NCBI GenBank assembly: GCA_965248195.1 | Contig: CBDFIQ010000002.1 | Coordinates: 1,152,001-1,216,000, forward strand | Direction: 5' to 3' | DNA: 64,000 bases | Source: Longimicrobiales bacterium | GTDB taxonomy: Bacteria > Gemmatimonadota > Gemmatimonadetes > Longimicrobiales > Gaopeijiaceae | Shown: in pieces, positions 28,386-38,265 of the stretch | Layout of the letters: each line of letters begins with the position of its first letter | How positions within the stretch are numbered: the first letter of the stretch is position 1 | Notes under the pieces: generated by a model | Database searches by the model: none | Seen by the model: only the letters and a program-made list of their open reading frames with translations | Told to the model about the DNA's origin: nothing | Translations under genes and position numbers: made by a program

Positions 28386-29309
28386 ATGGCCCGATTGTTC
28401 AAGCGGGGGGGCGAGAAGAAGAAGGGGCTTTGGAGGCGGGCCGTCGATCTCGCGCTGACCGATGTCCGGGTCGCCGTGGGAGGGGTCGACCACGAGTCAT
28501 TGGAATCATTGGAGGAGCGCCTCCTCGCGGCTGATTTCGGCGTGGACGCCACAATGAGACTCGTCGATCATGTCGATGCGCTCGCGCGCAGGGGTAAGGT
28601 GTCCGGCGGATCGGAATTGAGGCGTGCCCTCGCGGATGAGATCGCGCGGATCCTGGAGCCGGCCAGATCCTCCTATCTTCAGCTGGCCGACACCGGCACG
28701 ACCGTCTATCTGATCGTTGGCGTGAACGGCGTAGGCAAGACGACCTCAGTGGCCAAACTCGCACACCGTATCCGGGCAGAGGGGCGTAGCGTGATGATCG
28801 CTGCCGCGGACACCTTCAGGGCAGGGGCCGTCGAGCAGCTTCGGGTGTGGTCGGAGCGGGTGGGCGCGGAATTCGTGGCGGGCCAACAAGGGGGTGATCC
28901 GGCCGCCGTGGCGTTCGACGCCATCGACGCCGCCGAGGCCCGGGGGGTGGACGTCGTTCTGGTGGATACCGCGGGTCGCCTACACACACAGCGGAACCTC
29001 ATGGAGGAGCTTCAGAAGGTCGATCGCGTGATTCGTCGGCGCTGTGACGGGGCTCCACACGAATGCTTGATCGTACTGGATGCGACGGTCGGCCAAAACG
29101 CCGTGGCCCAGGTGTGCTCCTTCAATGGCACGGTCGAGTTGTCTGGTATCATCCTGACCAAGTTGGATGGCACGGCGAGGGGTGGTATCGTGGTGGGTCT
29201 CCAACAGGAATTCGGGGTACCGGTCAAGCTCGTGGGGTCCGGTGAGGGGATCGACGATCTGTCCGACTTCGATCCTGATGACTTCGTAGAGGGGGTCTTC
29301 GAGGAGTGA
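28386..29309 (+). CDS. ftsY: SRP receptor FtsY
   Basis: GVNGVGKTT, AADTFRAGA, DTAGRLHT, TKLDGTARGG. Confidence 0.96.
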   Translation: MARLFKRGGEKKKGLWRRAVDLALTDVRVAVGGVDHESLESLEERLLAADFGVDATMRLVDHVDALARRGKVSGGSELRRALADEIARILEPARSSYLQLADTGTTVYLIVGVNGVGKTTSVAKLAHRIRAEGRSVMIAAADTFRAGAVEQLRVWSERVGAEFVAGQQGGDPAAVAFDAIDAAEARGVDVVLVDTAGRLHTQRNLMEELQKVDRVIRRRCDGAPHECLIVLDATVGQNAVAQVCSFNGTVELSGIILTKLDGTARGGIVVGLQQEFGVPVKLVGSGEGIDDLSDFDPDDFVEGVFEE

Positions 29310-31396
29310 ACTTTGTCAGGCTGGACAAGCCGGTCCAGTTTCTGAAAGGGGTGGGGCCGGTTCGGGCCGAGGCGCTGGGGCGGATGGGAATCGTGACTGC
29401 CCGTGACCTCCTCTACCACGTCCCGCGACGCTACGACGACGCCTCCACGATCGAGCCGATAGAGCATCTGCAGGTCGGTACGGACGTCACGGCTATCGGT
29501 CGGGTGCGCTCGAAGGGCGTGATACCCACGCGAAAGGGCCTCCGCATCTTTCAAGCCGTCCTAGAGGACGGTTCGGGGATGATCACGTGCGCCTGGCCCG
29601 GGCAGCCGTGGCTGGAGCGGAAGCTTCAGGAGGGGGACCTCCTTCTGGTGACGGGGCCCGTGAAGTTCTTCCACGGGAGGCAGCTTCAGCCCCGGGAATT
29701 CACCGTGTTGGCTCGCGCTTCGGACGACGCTCCGGCGCAAGTCGCCGAGGGGCACGTTTTTTCTACGTATCCGGCGAGCGAGGAGGTCCCGCAGTGGGTC
29801 CTGCGGGGGCTGTTCGAGAAGAATCTCGACGTGCTCCTGACAGACGTGGCCGGGGAGGAATATCTTCCCGGCAAGGAGCGGAGCAAACTTTCGTTGCCGG
29901 GTCTTGGGGATGCGCTTGCGGCGCTGCACCGGCCATCCTCGTTGAGCGCCGTCGAGGCCGCCCGGCGCCGCCTCGCCTTCGACGAGTTGTTCTTCCTCCA
30001 GCTTGTCCAGGCTCAGGTCCGTTACCGTGAAACCGCACAGAAGCCCGGACTCGTGTTCGAGCGAACCAACGAGCTCATCCGGCCGTTGCACGAGGCGTTG
30101 CCCTTTGAGCTGACGGGGGCACAGGCCCGGGTCCTCCGCGAGATCTACGCTGACATGGGGTCGACCCGGAGGATGAACCGTCTCCTGCAAGGGGATGTTG
30201 GGTCAGGGAAGACGATCGTTGCCCTCTTCGCGATGCTCCTGGCCGCGGAGAGTGGGCGCCAAGCGGTCCTCATGGCGCCGACCGAGCTGCTCGCGGAGCA
30301 ACACTTCCGCAATATGAAAGAACTGGTCGAGCCACTCGGCATGACCGTCCAGATCCTGACCGGCCAGATGGGGACCTCGGAGCGGAAGAAGTCGTTGGAG
30401 GCGCTTCGTGAGGGTACCGCGGTACTCACTGTGGGCACGCACGCGCTCATCCAGGAGAGGGTCGAATTTCAAGACCTCGGCTTGGCGGTGGTCGACGAAC
30501 AACACCGCTTCGGCGTAAGACAGCGGATGGCACTGGGGGAGCGCAAAATTCCGCCGGATACGCTCATCATGTCGGCGACGCCGATTCCCAGGTCACTGGC
30601 GATGACGCTATACGGAGATCTCGATTTGTCCCTTCTCGACGAGATGCCCGAAGGCCGAAAACCTGTGAAGACCTTGCTCCGGTATCCAAGCAAACGAAGC
30701 GAAGTCCACCGCTTCGTGGACGAGCAACTCGAGACGGGGTGTCAGGCCTACATCGTTTACCCGATCGTGGAGGAGTCGGACAAGGTGGACCTACGGTCCG
30801 CCACCGAGGAGTACGAGCGGCTCTCGGCCGACGTATTTCAGCACCGACGGGTTGGCCTGATTCACGGCCAACGGCCCAGCGCGGAGAAGGACCAGGTGAT
30901 GCGGACGTTTCTTGCCGGGGAGCTCGACGTGCTGATCGCGACGACCGTGATCGAGGTCGGCATCGACGTACCCAACGCGTCCATAATGGTGGTGGAGCAC
31001 GCCGAGCGCTTCGGATTGTCGCAGCTTCACCAGCTGAGGGGCCGAGTAGGGCGTGGTGCCGCGAAGAGCTACTGCATACTCATTGCCGAACCGGGCGAGG
31101 CCGCGGCCGAGCGGCTGAAGATCTTCAGAGACACGTCCGACGGCTTCGCCGTGGCTCACGCTGACCTGCGCATACGCGGGCAAGGAGACCTCTTCGGCGC
31201 CCAACAGCACGGACGGGATCCTGTTCTGCGCTTCGCCGACCTCTCGAGGGATGAGGACCTGCTGATGGAGGCCCAGGGCCGGGCCCGGACCTTGATCGAG
31301 ACCGACCCGGAGTTGAGCGAAGACCGGGTCTCGCGGATCCGGGCGTTGATGGATCATCGGTACGCGGAGCGGCTGAAGCTTTTCTCGGTCGGATAA
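29306..31396 (+). CDS. recG: ATP-dependent DNA helicase RecG
   Basis: LKGVGP, RLLQGDVGSGKT, DEQHRFGV, SATPIPR, QLHQLRGRVGRG. Confidence 0.96.
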   Translation: MNFVRLDKPVQFLKGVGPVRAEALGRMGIVTARDLLYHVPRRYDDASTIEPIEHLQVGTDVTAIGRVRSKGVIPTRKGLRIFQAVLEDGSGMITCAWPGQPWLERKLQEGDLLLVTGPVKFFHGRQLQPREFTVLARASDDAPAQVAEGHVFSTYPASEEVPQWVLRGLFEKNLDVLLTDVAGEEYLPGKERSKLSLPGLGDALAALHRPSSLSAVEAARRRLAFDELFFLQLVQAQVRYRETAQKPGLVFERTNELIRPLHEALPFELTGAQARVLREIYADMGSTRRMNRLLQGDVGSGKTIVALFAMLLAAESGRQAVLMAPTELLAEQHFRNMKELVEPLGMTVQILTGQMGTSERKKSLEALREGTAVLTVGTHALIQERVEFQDLGLAVVDEQHRFGVRQRMALGERKIPPDTLIMSATPIPRSLAMTLYGDLDLSLLDEMPEGRKPVKTLLRYPSKRSEVHRFVDEQLETGCQAYIVYPIVEESDKVDLRSATEEYERLSADVFQHRRVGLIHGQRPSAEKDQVMRTFLAGELDVLIATTVIEVGIDVPNASIMVVEHAERFGLSQLHQLRGRVGRGAAKSYCILIAEPGEAAAERLKIFRDTSDGFAVAHADLRIRGQGDLFGAQQHGRDPVLRFADLSRDEDLLMEAQGRARTLIETDPELSEDRVSRIRALMDHRYAERLKLFSVG

Positions 31397-31487
31397 CGCG
31401 ACTACTCTCCGGGGCCGTGCCATCCCCCCGTACCCGTGTTTTGCCGGATAGCGGCCCACTGTACGTCCTCAACAGCCTACGAGCGAT

Positions 31488-32786
31488 ATGAGTCAGGAAG
31501 AAGTCACCGAAGTCGGATCCCTGGGCGAGTGCGTGGGGAAATCTGTCACCGTTCTGGGCTGGGTCGAGAGCACCCGCAGCCACGGCAAGGTCGGCTTCGT
31601 CATTCTACGAGACGGAACGGGGCTCGTGCAGGGCGTTCTGCTCAAGAAGGAGCTTCCAGAGGACACCTGGGCCCTGTTGGAGGCGCTCACGCAGGAATGT
31701 TCCGTGGCTCTCAGCGGCGAAGTACGCGAAGAGCCACGCGCACCCGGCGGATATGAGGTCGGCGTGACCGGCTTGGAGTTACTCGGAGCTTCGGAGGAGT
31801 ACCCGATCCAGCCCAAGGAGCACGGGGTTGAATTCCTCCTGGATAACCGCCATCTCTGGCTTCGGTCCAGCCTCCAGCGCGCGGGTCTGCGCGTTCGTCA
31901 CGAGGTCGAGCAGGCCGTACACGACTACTTGTATGATCGAGATTTCGTCCGCATCGACACACCCATACTCACCGGTTCCATCGGCGAGTCCGCAGGCACG
32001 CTGTTCGAGGCGGACTACTTCGGTGCTCCCGCCTTCCTAGCTCAGACCGGTCAGCTGTATGTGGAGACGGCGTGCCCCGCCTTCAGGAAGGTGTACTGCT
32101 TCGGCCCCACCTTTCGAGCTGAAAGATCCAAGACACGCCGACACCTGACCGAATTCTGGATGGTCGAGCCGGAGGTCGCGTTTGCCGACTCGGACGACAA
32201 CATGCGCCTCCAGGAGGACTTGGTCTGCTACCTGGTCGAGAGGGCGCTCGATCGGTGCGGTCGTGAGCTCGAGGTGCTTGAGCGGGAAACCTCGGAGTTG
32301 GAGACGCTCGCCCGGCCCTTCGCTCGCATCTCCTACACCGATGCCGTCGCAGTTCTACAGGAGAACGGAAGTGAGATCGAGTGGGGGCGCGACCTAGGGG
32401 CGCCGGACGAACTCTTGTTGGCCGAGCAGTATGACCGGCCCGTCTTCGTCCACGACTACCCGAAGGCCGTGAAGGCCTTTTACATGAAGGAGAATCCGGA
32501 GGATCCGAGGACGGTCCGGTGCAACGATCTACTCGTGCGCGGATATGGTGAGCTCGTCGGAGGGAGTCAGCGAGAAGACGATTTAGAAAAGCTGCAGGCG
32601 CGGATCCGGGAGGAGAAGCTTCCGGAGGACACGTACTCCTGGTATCTGGACCTGCGGCGATATGGGACATTCACCCACTCAGGCTTCGGACTGGGGCTGG
32701 AACGGACGGTGGCGTGGATCACGGGACGCCATCATGTCCGGGAGTTGATTCCGTTCCCGCGGCTCATGAACCGGTTGACGCCCTGA
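31488..32786 (+). CDS. asnS: asparagine--tRNA ligase
   Basis: OB-fold, RHLWLRS, FGPTFRAE.SKTRRHLTEFWMVEPE, WYLDLRRYG, GFGLGLER. Confidence 0.95.
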   Translation: MSQEEVTEVGSLGECVGKSVTVLGWVESTRSHGKVGFVILRDGTGLVQGVLLKKELPEDTWALLEALTQECSVALSGEVREEPRAPGGYEVGVTGLELLGASEEYPIQPKEHGVEFLLDNRHLWLRSSLQRAGLRVRHEVEQAVHDYLYDRDFVRIDTPILTGSIGESAGTLFEADYFGAPAFLAQTGQLYVETACPAFRKVYCFGPTFRAERSKTRRHLTEFWMVEPEVAFADSDDNMRLQEDLVCYLVERALDRCGRELEVLERETSELETLARPFARISYTDAVAVLQENGSEIEWGRDLGAPDELLLAEQYDRPVFVHDYPKAVKAFYMKENPEDPRTVRCNDLLVRGYGELVGGSQREDDLEKLQARIREEKLPEDTYSWYLDLRRYGTFTHSGFGLGLERTVAWITGRHHVRELIPFPRLMNRLTP

Positions 32787-32787
32787 C

Positions 32788-34170
32788 ATGGTGCTCTCTC
32801 GAATGCATTCCATGGCTGCCGACGCAGCCCACACGCCAGCGGAGATCGACAAGATGACGATGGAACACGCCGCAGTCTCTACCGGCTCCTTCACACGGAT
32901 GTTCTTCTTGCATCACGGGAGGGCGCTTGGCTTCGGACCAAGGGGCCTGCCGTTGGCCGTCTTCGCGGTCGTCGTTGCCCTCACCTGGCCTACGCTCGCA
33001 ATGGGCCAGGACGCCTCGCAAGCCCCACCCTGGGTCGCGACCTGGGGCACGAGCCCGAGCACTCCTGGACGCTTCGGGCAGGCCGAGGCGGCAGATAGGA
33101 CATTCGAGAATCGAACTCTACGTCAAATCGTGCACACCTCGGTCGGCGGTGACAGCGTTCGCATCAGGCTCTCCAACCGGCATGGAAGCGTTCCCCTGGA
33201 GATTGGAGTCGTTCACATCGCCTCGAGGAGAGAGGGAGCGCAGATCGAGGCGGCGTCGGATCGAGCGCTGACCTTTGGTACCCAGACCTTCATCACGATT
33301 CCCGTGGGCGCTTTCGTGCTCAGTGATCCGGTGGATCTGGAGGTGCCGCCGCTCGCCGATCTGGCGATCAGCATCTACTTCCCCTCCGACACGGGGACGC
33401 CCACTTCGCACGGATCGGCGACCCAGACGAGCTACATCTCGCCTCCCGGTAACTTTGCTGCAACCGAGCAGATATCGGACCCGGAGACCTCCCAGTCCTG
33501 GTTCTTCCTCACCGCTGTGGACGTGAGGCCGTCCGAGAGAACCGGGGTCGTGGTAACCCTAGGCAACTCCATCACCGACGGCTCTGGGTCGACCGTCGAC
33601 GCCAACAGCCGCTGGCCCGATCACTTGGCGAGGCGACTCGCGGCTCGTGGCTCTGGCGCCCTCGGTGTCGTGAATGCCGGTATCGGCGGCAACCGAGTCC
33701 TGCACGATCTTGGCGGCTTCGGTGTCAACGCCCTGGCCCGACTAGAGCTAGACGTTCTGAGCCTGGCCGGCGTCACCCACGTCGTGGTTCTCGAAGGGAT
33801 CAACGACATCGGGCTCTTCGGGACGATCGCGCCTGAGGAGGTGAGCTCCGACGAGATCATCGCCGGTCATCGCCAGCTGATTGCCCGTGTCCATGCCCGA
33901 GGGTTGAAGATTTACGGCGCTACCTTGACGCCGTTCGAAGGCGCTTTCTACTTCAGTCCGGAAGGCGAGATGAAACGCCAAGCGGTCAACGAGTGGATCC
34001 GAACGAGCGGAGCCTACGACGCTGTCATCGACTTCGACTCCGCGACTCACGACCCGACCCAACCGAGTCGTTTCCAGCGCGGCTTCTCGGAAGACAGTCT
34101 GCACCCGAACGATGCTGGCTACAGGGCGATGGCGTACGCCGTCGATCTGACCCTCTTCGACCTCGAGTAG
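32788..34170 (+). CDS. exported SGNH/GDSL hydrolase
   Basis: WVATW, RQIVH, GNSITDG, NAGIGGN, LEGINDIG, DSLHP. True start is probably later (e.g. ATG 32899), before the signal peptide. Confidence 0.88.
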   Translation: MVLSRMHSMAADAAHTPAEIDKMTMEHAAVSTGSFTRMFFLHHGRALGFGPRGLPLAVFAVVVALTWPTLAMGQDASQAPPWVATWGTSPSTPGRFGQAEAADRTFENRTLRQIVHTSVGGDSVRIRLSNRHGSVPLEIGVVHIASRREGAQIEAASDRALTFGTQTFITIPVGAFVLSDPVDLEVPPLADLAISIYFPSDTGTPTSHGSATQTSYISPPGNFAATEQISDPETSQSWFFLTAVDVRPSERTGVVVTLGNSITDGSGSTVDANSRWPDHLARRLAARGSGALGVVNAGIGGNRVLHDLGGFGVNALARLELDVLSLAGVTHVVVLEGINDIGLFGTIAPEEVSSDEIIAGHRQLIARVHARGLKIYGATLTPFEGAFYFSPEGEMKRQAVNEWIRTSGAYDAVIDFDSATHDPTQPSRFQRGFSEDSLHPNDAGYRAMAYAVDLTLFDLE

Positions 34171-34246
34171 ACGCGGAGCCAACCCTCCTCGATCGTTTGA
34201 CACGCTGACATATGCGGTGGGCTCACTGGGCCTCCCGCAGCCGAGC

Positions 34247-36187
34247 TCATTGGGGCTCGCGCCACATCATGATGAATCGGCCGATGCTCTCCTGATAAGG
34301 ATACCGGGCCACCAACTCTCTGGTTAGCGCCGGGGGAGGGGAGGGCGAAATCGGCAGGGGTCCCGCATTGATCACGACGACGTTGATGTGGTGCCGGTCC
34401 AAGGCCTCCACGACCCTCTCGATTCGCCCTTCCGAATCGTCCATCATATCGTAAAACGTCCGGGTCGGATTTCTTTTCGCCGCCAGGAAATACACGACGG
34501 GGCTGTCTGGTGTGGCGTAAATGTACTCCCCGGCAGCGCGTTCCTGGATTTTTTCGATCAGAAAATGAAATTCCTGGGCCTCGGTATCGGCCACCCGAAG
34601 TCCGCCCCGCTCGAGCCCGAGGGGGAGCAAATCAGGATGGGCAGCATACCGGTCGGCCATCTGATAGATGTACCCGGAATGGATCCACCGCCCCGCAAAA
34701 AGAATGAAGAACACGGCCAGGGCCAGGGCACCGGTCCTGCGTCGATCGGGCCAGGTCGAGACGGCCGCGAAGCCCGCCATGGCGATCAACGGAGCGGTAT
34801 AGAAAAAATAGAATGGAGCCGAGGTCGGGAACTGGACGAGCGAAACCATGCCAGCCGCGGAAACGAGCGCAAACACGCGCTCCTGCTTGAGCGAGTATTC
34901 AGCCGAGCGCTCCCCCCTCCTCCCCAACCACAGCGACGCGAGACCGACGACGGTCACTGCCGGGCCGAGTCCGAGCATCGCCCACCAGACCGGCCGAAAA
35001 ACGGACTGGGTGGCGCCGAAGACGAACACCAGACCAAGCCCCATTGTGAGCATGGCGCCGCCCACCCACCGGTTGCGCCCCTTGCTACCCCACGCACCAA
35101 GTGCGGCGGCCATCGCGACCGGGCCCAGAGTCCACAGCGTCCTGAGCGACGGGGGATCACGAACGAGTACGTCCAACCGATGGAGCGGTCGGGTGAACCA
35201 CCCCGTCCAAATAGAGGCGAGGTCGCCGGAAGCGATGTACGGGAGGAGCAGCGCGAGTATCGGAACCACCACCCCAAACCCGAGCGGCGCTATCCAAACG
35301 AAGTACCGACGTAAACGCCTTGCGCCATTACCCCGTGCCCTGCCGTCCAGCTCCCCGGCCGCCGCGTATCCTGCGAGCAAGAGCGGCGGGAGGACGAAGT
35401 GATAGTATCCGGAGAGCTCCGACGGCCGTGCGAAAATCCAGAGGACGACAAGTGCGAAAAGGCCGAGACCACCTAGCACGAAGGTGGAGAACGCTCGGCT
35501 TTGCGGCCTGGCCTCGTCCGAATGCGCGGCTTCGCTGGCCGCCAGACGCTGTTCGTGGACGATCAAGGTCAGGAGGACGGCCGCCAGAAGATAGAGGCCG
35601 ATCGTCTTTACGGCGAAGGACAGACCCACCGCGAGTCCGGCCGCGAGAAGCCATCGCCTCCGCCCGTCCTCCAGAAACTCGAAGAGCGCCGCCGTCGCGT
35701 AGATCGCCAGGAAAAGGTTGTACCACGAGGGCATGGCGGACGAGTAGTTCGGCAACCCCCAGGCTACCGCGAGCAGCACCGCAACGCTCGTCGAGATCGG
35801 GCCGCCGAGTCTTCGACCCATACGGTACAAGAGCGGCACCGTCGGTAGGAAAACCGCAAAAATCGCGATCCTGAGAGAGATCAGCCGAGTCCCGAACAGC
35901 TTGAAGGCCAGCGCATGGAAGTGCTCCAATCCCCCCGAGTGCATCCCGTCGAAATCCCGGTGCGGAAGTTCGCCCATGAGCACACGCTCGGCGGCCTGCG
36001 CCAACGTACCGTCTTCGGGCGGAAGCCAACCGCGGTCCAAGAACGACAGCACATACGTGAGCGCCGCGCCCCAGAGCAAATAGGGGAGAACAACAGACCA
36101 TCGGTGGGCCGGCGGTCGGTCCTCTGCCACAGCCTCGATGGTCTCCTCCAGAGATTCTGTTCGGGTAGTTGGTCCGCCGACATCCAA
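34247..36187 (-). CDS. polytopic membrane glycosyltransferase (GT-C fold, ArnT/PMT-like)
   Basis: Many TM helices and an acidic motif in the first loop (PPEDG...GELPHRDF). Start uncertain. Confidence 0.6.
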   Translation of the reverse strand: MDVGGPTTRTESLEETIEAVAEDRPPAHRWSVVLPYLLWGAALTYVLSFLDRGWLPPEDGTLAQAAERVLMGELPHRDFDGMHSGGLEHFHALAFKLFGTRLISLRIAIFAVFLPTVPLLYRMGRRLGGPISTSVAVLLAVAWGLPNYSSAMPSWYNLFLAIYATAALFEFLEDGRRRWLLAAGLAVGLSFAVKTIGLYLLAAVLLTLIVHEQRLAASEAAHSDEARPQSRAFSTFVLGGLGLFALVVLWIFARPSELSGYYHFVLPPLLLAGYAAAGELDGRARGNGARRLRRYFVWIAPLGFGVVVPILALLLPYIASGDLASIWTGWFTRPLHRLDVLVRDPPSLRTLWTLGPVAMAAALGAWGSKGRNRWVGGAMLTMGLGLVFVFGATQSVFRPVWWAMLGLGPAVTVVGLASLWLGRRGERSAEYSLKQERVFALVSAAGMVSLVQFPTSAPFYFFYTAPLIAMAGFAAVSTWPDRRRTGALALAVFFILFAGRWIHSGYIYQMADRYAAHPDLLPLGLERGGLRVADTEAQEFHFLIEKIQERAAGEYIYATPDSPVVYFLAAKRNPTRTFYDMMDDSEGRIERVVEALDRHHINVVVINAGPLPISPSPPPALTRELVARYPYQESIGRFIMMWREPQ

Positions 36188-36250
36188 GCTACGGATTCAA
36201 CGGAAAACGGCGCAACAAGGGGGTGGACCAGAAGGAGCACAAACTTCCCC

Positions 36251-37051
36251 CTACCCCTCCTCGATCTTGACCTCGTCCCAGATTTGGTCGAGAACTTCGA
36301 GCGTGGCGTCGGGGATTGAGATTTCCCGTTCGGCGGCCATTGCCTCGAGGTGTTCGAAGCGGCGTGAGAACTTGCGATTGGCGCGCTCGAGCGCGGTGGC
36401 GGAGTGGCTTCCTGCCAGTCTCACGAGATTCACCACCGCGAAGAGAAGGTCCCCGAGTTCCTCTTCGAGACGGGGGAACTCCTCGTGAGCGAGGGCGTCC
36501 CGAACTTCCCTGACTTCCTCCTCGACCTTGGCGAGCGCTCCCGCCGCGTCGTCCCAGTCGAACCCCACTCCGCTGACCCTGTCCTGGATACGGTGTGCCC
36601 TGTGCAGGGGATCTAGGCCGGCGGGTATGCCGGCGAGGACGGGGCCACCCTCCTCTCCGAGTTTTTCCTGCCGCTCTCTCGCCTTGAGGACCTCCCAGTC
36701 CTCCTCTTCTCCGAGGCCGAGGAGGTGGCGGTGCCGGTCCCACATCTTGTTCTCCAGCCGCTCCATGACGGAGGCGGCGGTAAACGCGTTTCGTTCTTCA
36801 CCGAGCACGATCTGAAACGAGAGATTGAGCAGCAGATCGCCCAATTCACCCTCCAGGTCGTCGTCCTGGCTCTCGCGAATGGCGTCCGCGACCTCGTGGG
36901 CCTCCTCGAGAAGATGCGGGACCAGGCTTTCCGGGGTTTGCCGGCGGTCCCAGGCGCATTCGACTCTGAGAAAGCGCACGAGCTCTACGGCGCGATCCAT
37001 GTGACCCACGCCCAGATCCGGCCGATTGGGATTGTTCTCATCGGAGCCCAT
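36251..37051 (-). CDS. mazG: nucleoside triphosphate pyrophosphohydrolase MazG
   Basis: CAWDRRQT, LLEEAHEV, ELGDLLL, GFDW, EELGDLLF, tandem MazG domains. Confidence 0.93.
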   Translation of the reverse strand: MGSDENNPNRPDLGVGHMDRAVELVRFLRVECAWDRRQTPESLVPHLLEEAHEVADAIRESQDDDLEGELGDLLLNLSFQIVLGEERNAFTAASVMERLENKMWDRHRHLLGLGEEEDWEVLKARERQEKLGEEGGPVLAGIPAGLDPLHRAHRIQDRVSGVGFDWDDAAGALAKVEEEVREVRDALAHEEFPRLEEELGDLLFAVVNLVRLAGSHSATALERANRKFSRRFEHLEAMAAEREISIPDATLEVLDQIWDEVKIEEG

Positions 37052-37128
37052 TCGGGTTTTCCTCGATGGTATGTTGCAGAGAGACGGAACCTTGATCAGG
37101 GCTTATCTTTTCGCTTCTTTGAACAGAT

Positions 37129-38250
37129 ATGTCAACGGACCCTCAAGCACGGGCCTGGGTGGAAGTGTGGCCCGAGGCACTTCGTCGGAACCTCCATCGA
37201 ATCCGTGAATCCATCGGAGATGGGGCCACGGTCATCCCCATGGTCAAGGCGGATGGATATGGCCTGGGGATGGAGGACGTGGTACGAACGTTGGAGTCCG
37301 AGGACCCATGGGGGTTCGGCGTCGCGACCGTAGAAGAAGGAATGAGGTTGCGCGGTGCGGGGGTCACGAGCCCGGTGATTGTTTTCAGCCCTGTGCCCCC
37401 CGGGTCATACGACTCGGCCGTGGCGCATGACCTCACGCTTACGGTATCGGATCTGGACTCGGTCGACCGAGCGGCGGCGGCGGCGTCTCGGACGGGGCGC
37501 GTCGCTCGTTTTCATGTGGAGGTCGATACCGGGATGGGCCGGTCAGGGTTCGACTGGCGGCGGGTTGCTGAGTGGGGTATCTCCTTGGCGGATCGGACCT
37601 CCGCCACATCGATCTGGGAGGGATGTTATACTCACTTCCATTCGGCAGATCTGGCGGACGACGTGACGACGCCGGCCCAGTGGGAGGCGTTCACTGGCAC
37701 CCTTGAGCGGCTGAAGCCCGACGAGGGGAAGTTTATCCACGCCTGCAACGCTGCTGCTGCGATGCGGTACTCGGCGTTCGCCGCGGACGCGGTCCGGCCC
37801 GGCATTTTTCTTTATGGGGGGGGAATAGGTGCAGGTGTGGCTGCACCCGAGGTGGTGGCTCAGGTTCGCGCCCGGGTCACGCTGATCCGCGATGTGCCGG
37901 AGGGAACCACCCTGGGATACGGAGCTACGTATTGCTCCTCCGGGGACGAACGGTGGGCCACGCTCGGGATCGGGTATGGGGATGGATTTCCAAGGGTCCT
38001 GGGTAATCGTGGAAGCGTGCTACTCTCCGGCTGTGGAGTTCCGATCATCGGACGGATCTCGATGGACATGACGGTGGTAGACATTACCGGCGTCGACGGA
38101 GTAGGGGTGGGGGATATAGCCACACTGATTGGCACGGACGGGGACGTCGTCGTCACGTTGGACGAAGTCGCGGACTTGGCTGGAACGATCAGCTACGAGA
38201 TCCTTACGGGCTTCACGGCACGGATGCCCAGGATTTGGATGCCCGAATAA
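37129..38250 (+). CDS. alr: alanine racemase
   Basis: VKADGYG (PLP lysine), DTGMGRSG, RPGIFLYG, GYGDG, GRISMD, TISYE. Confidence 0.95.
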   Translation: MSTDPQARAWVEVWPEALRRNLHRIRESIGDGATVIPMVKADGYGLGMEDVVRTLESEDPWGFGVATVEEGMRLRGAGVTSPVIVFSPVPPGSYDSAVAHDLTLTVSDLDSVDRAAAAASRTGRVARFHVEVDTGMGRSGFDWRRVAEWGISLADRTSATSIWEGCYTHFHSADLADDVTTPAQWEAFTGTLERLKPDEGKFIHACNAAAAMRYSAFAADAVRPGIFLYGGGIGAGVAAPEVVAQVRARVTLIRDVPEGTTLGYGATYCSSGDERWATLGIGYGDGFPRVLGNRGSVLLSGCGVPIIGRISMDMTVVDITGVDGVGVGDIATLIGTDGDVVVTLDEVADLAGTISYEILTGFTARMPRIWMPE

Positions 38251-38265
38251 TTCAAGGAAGTCGGT

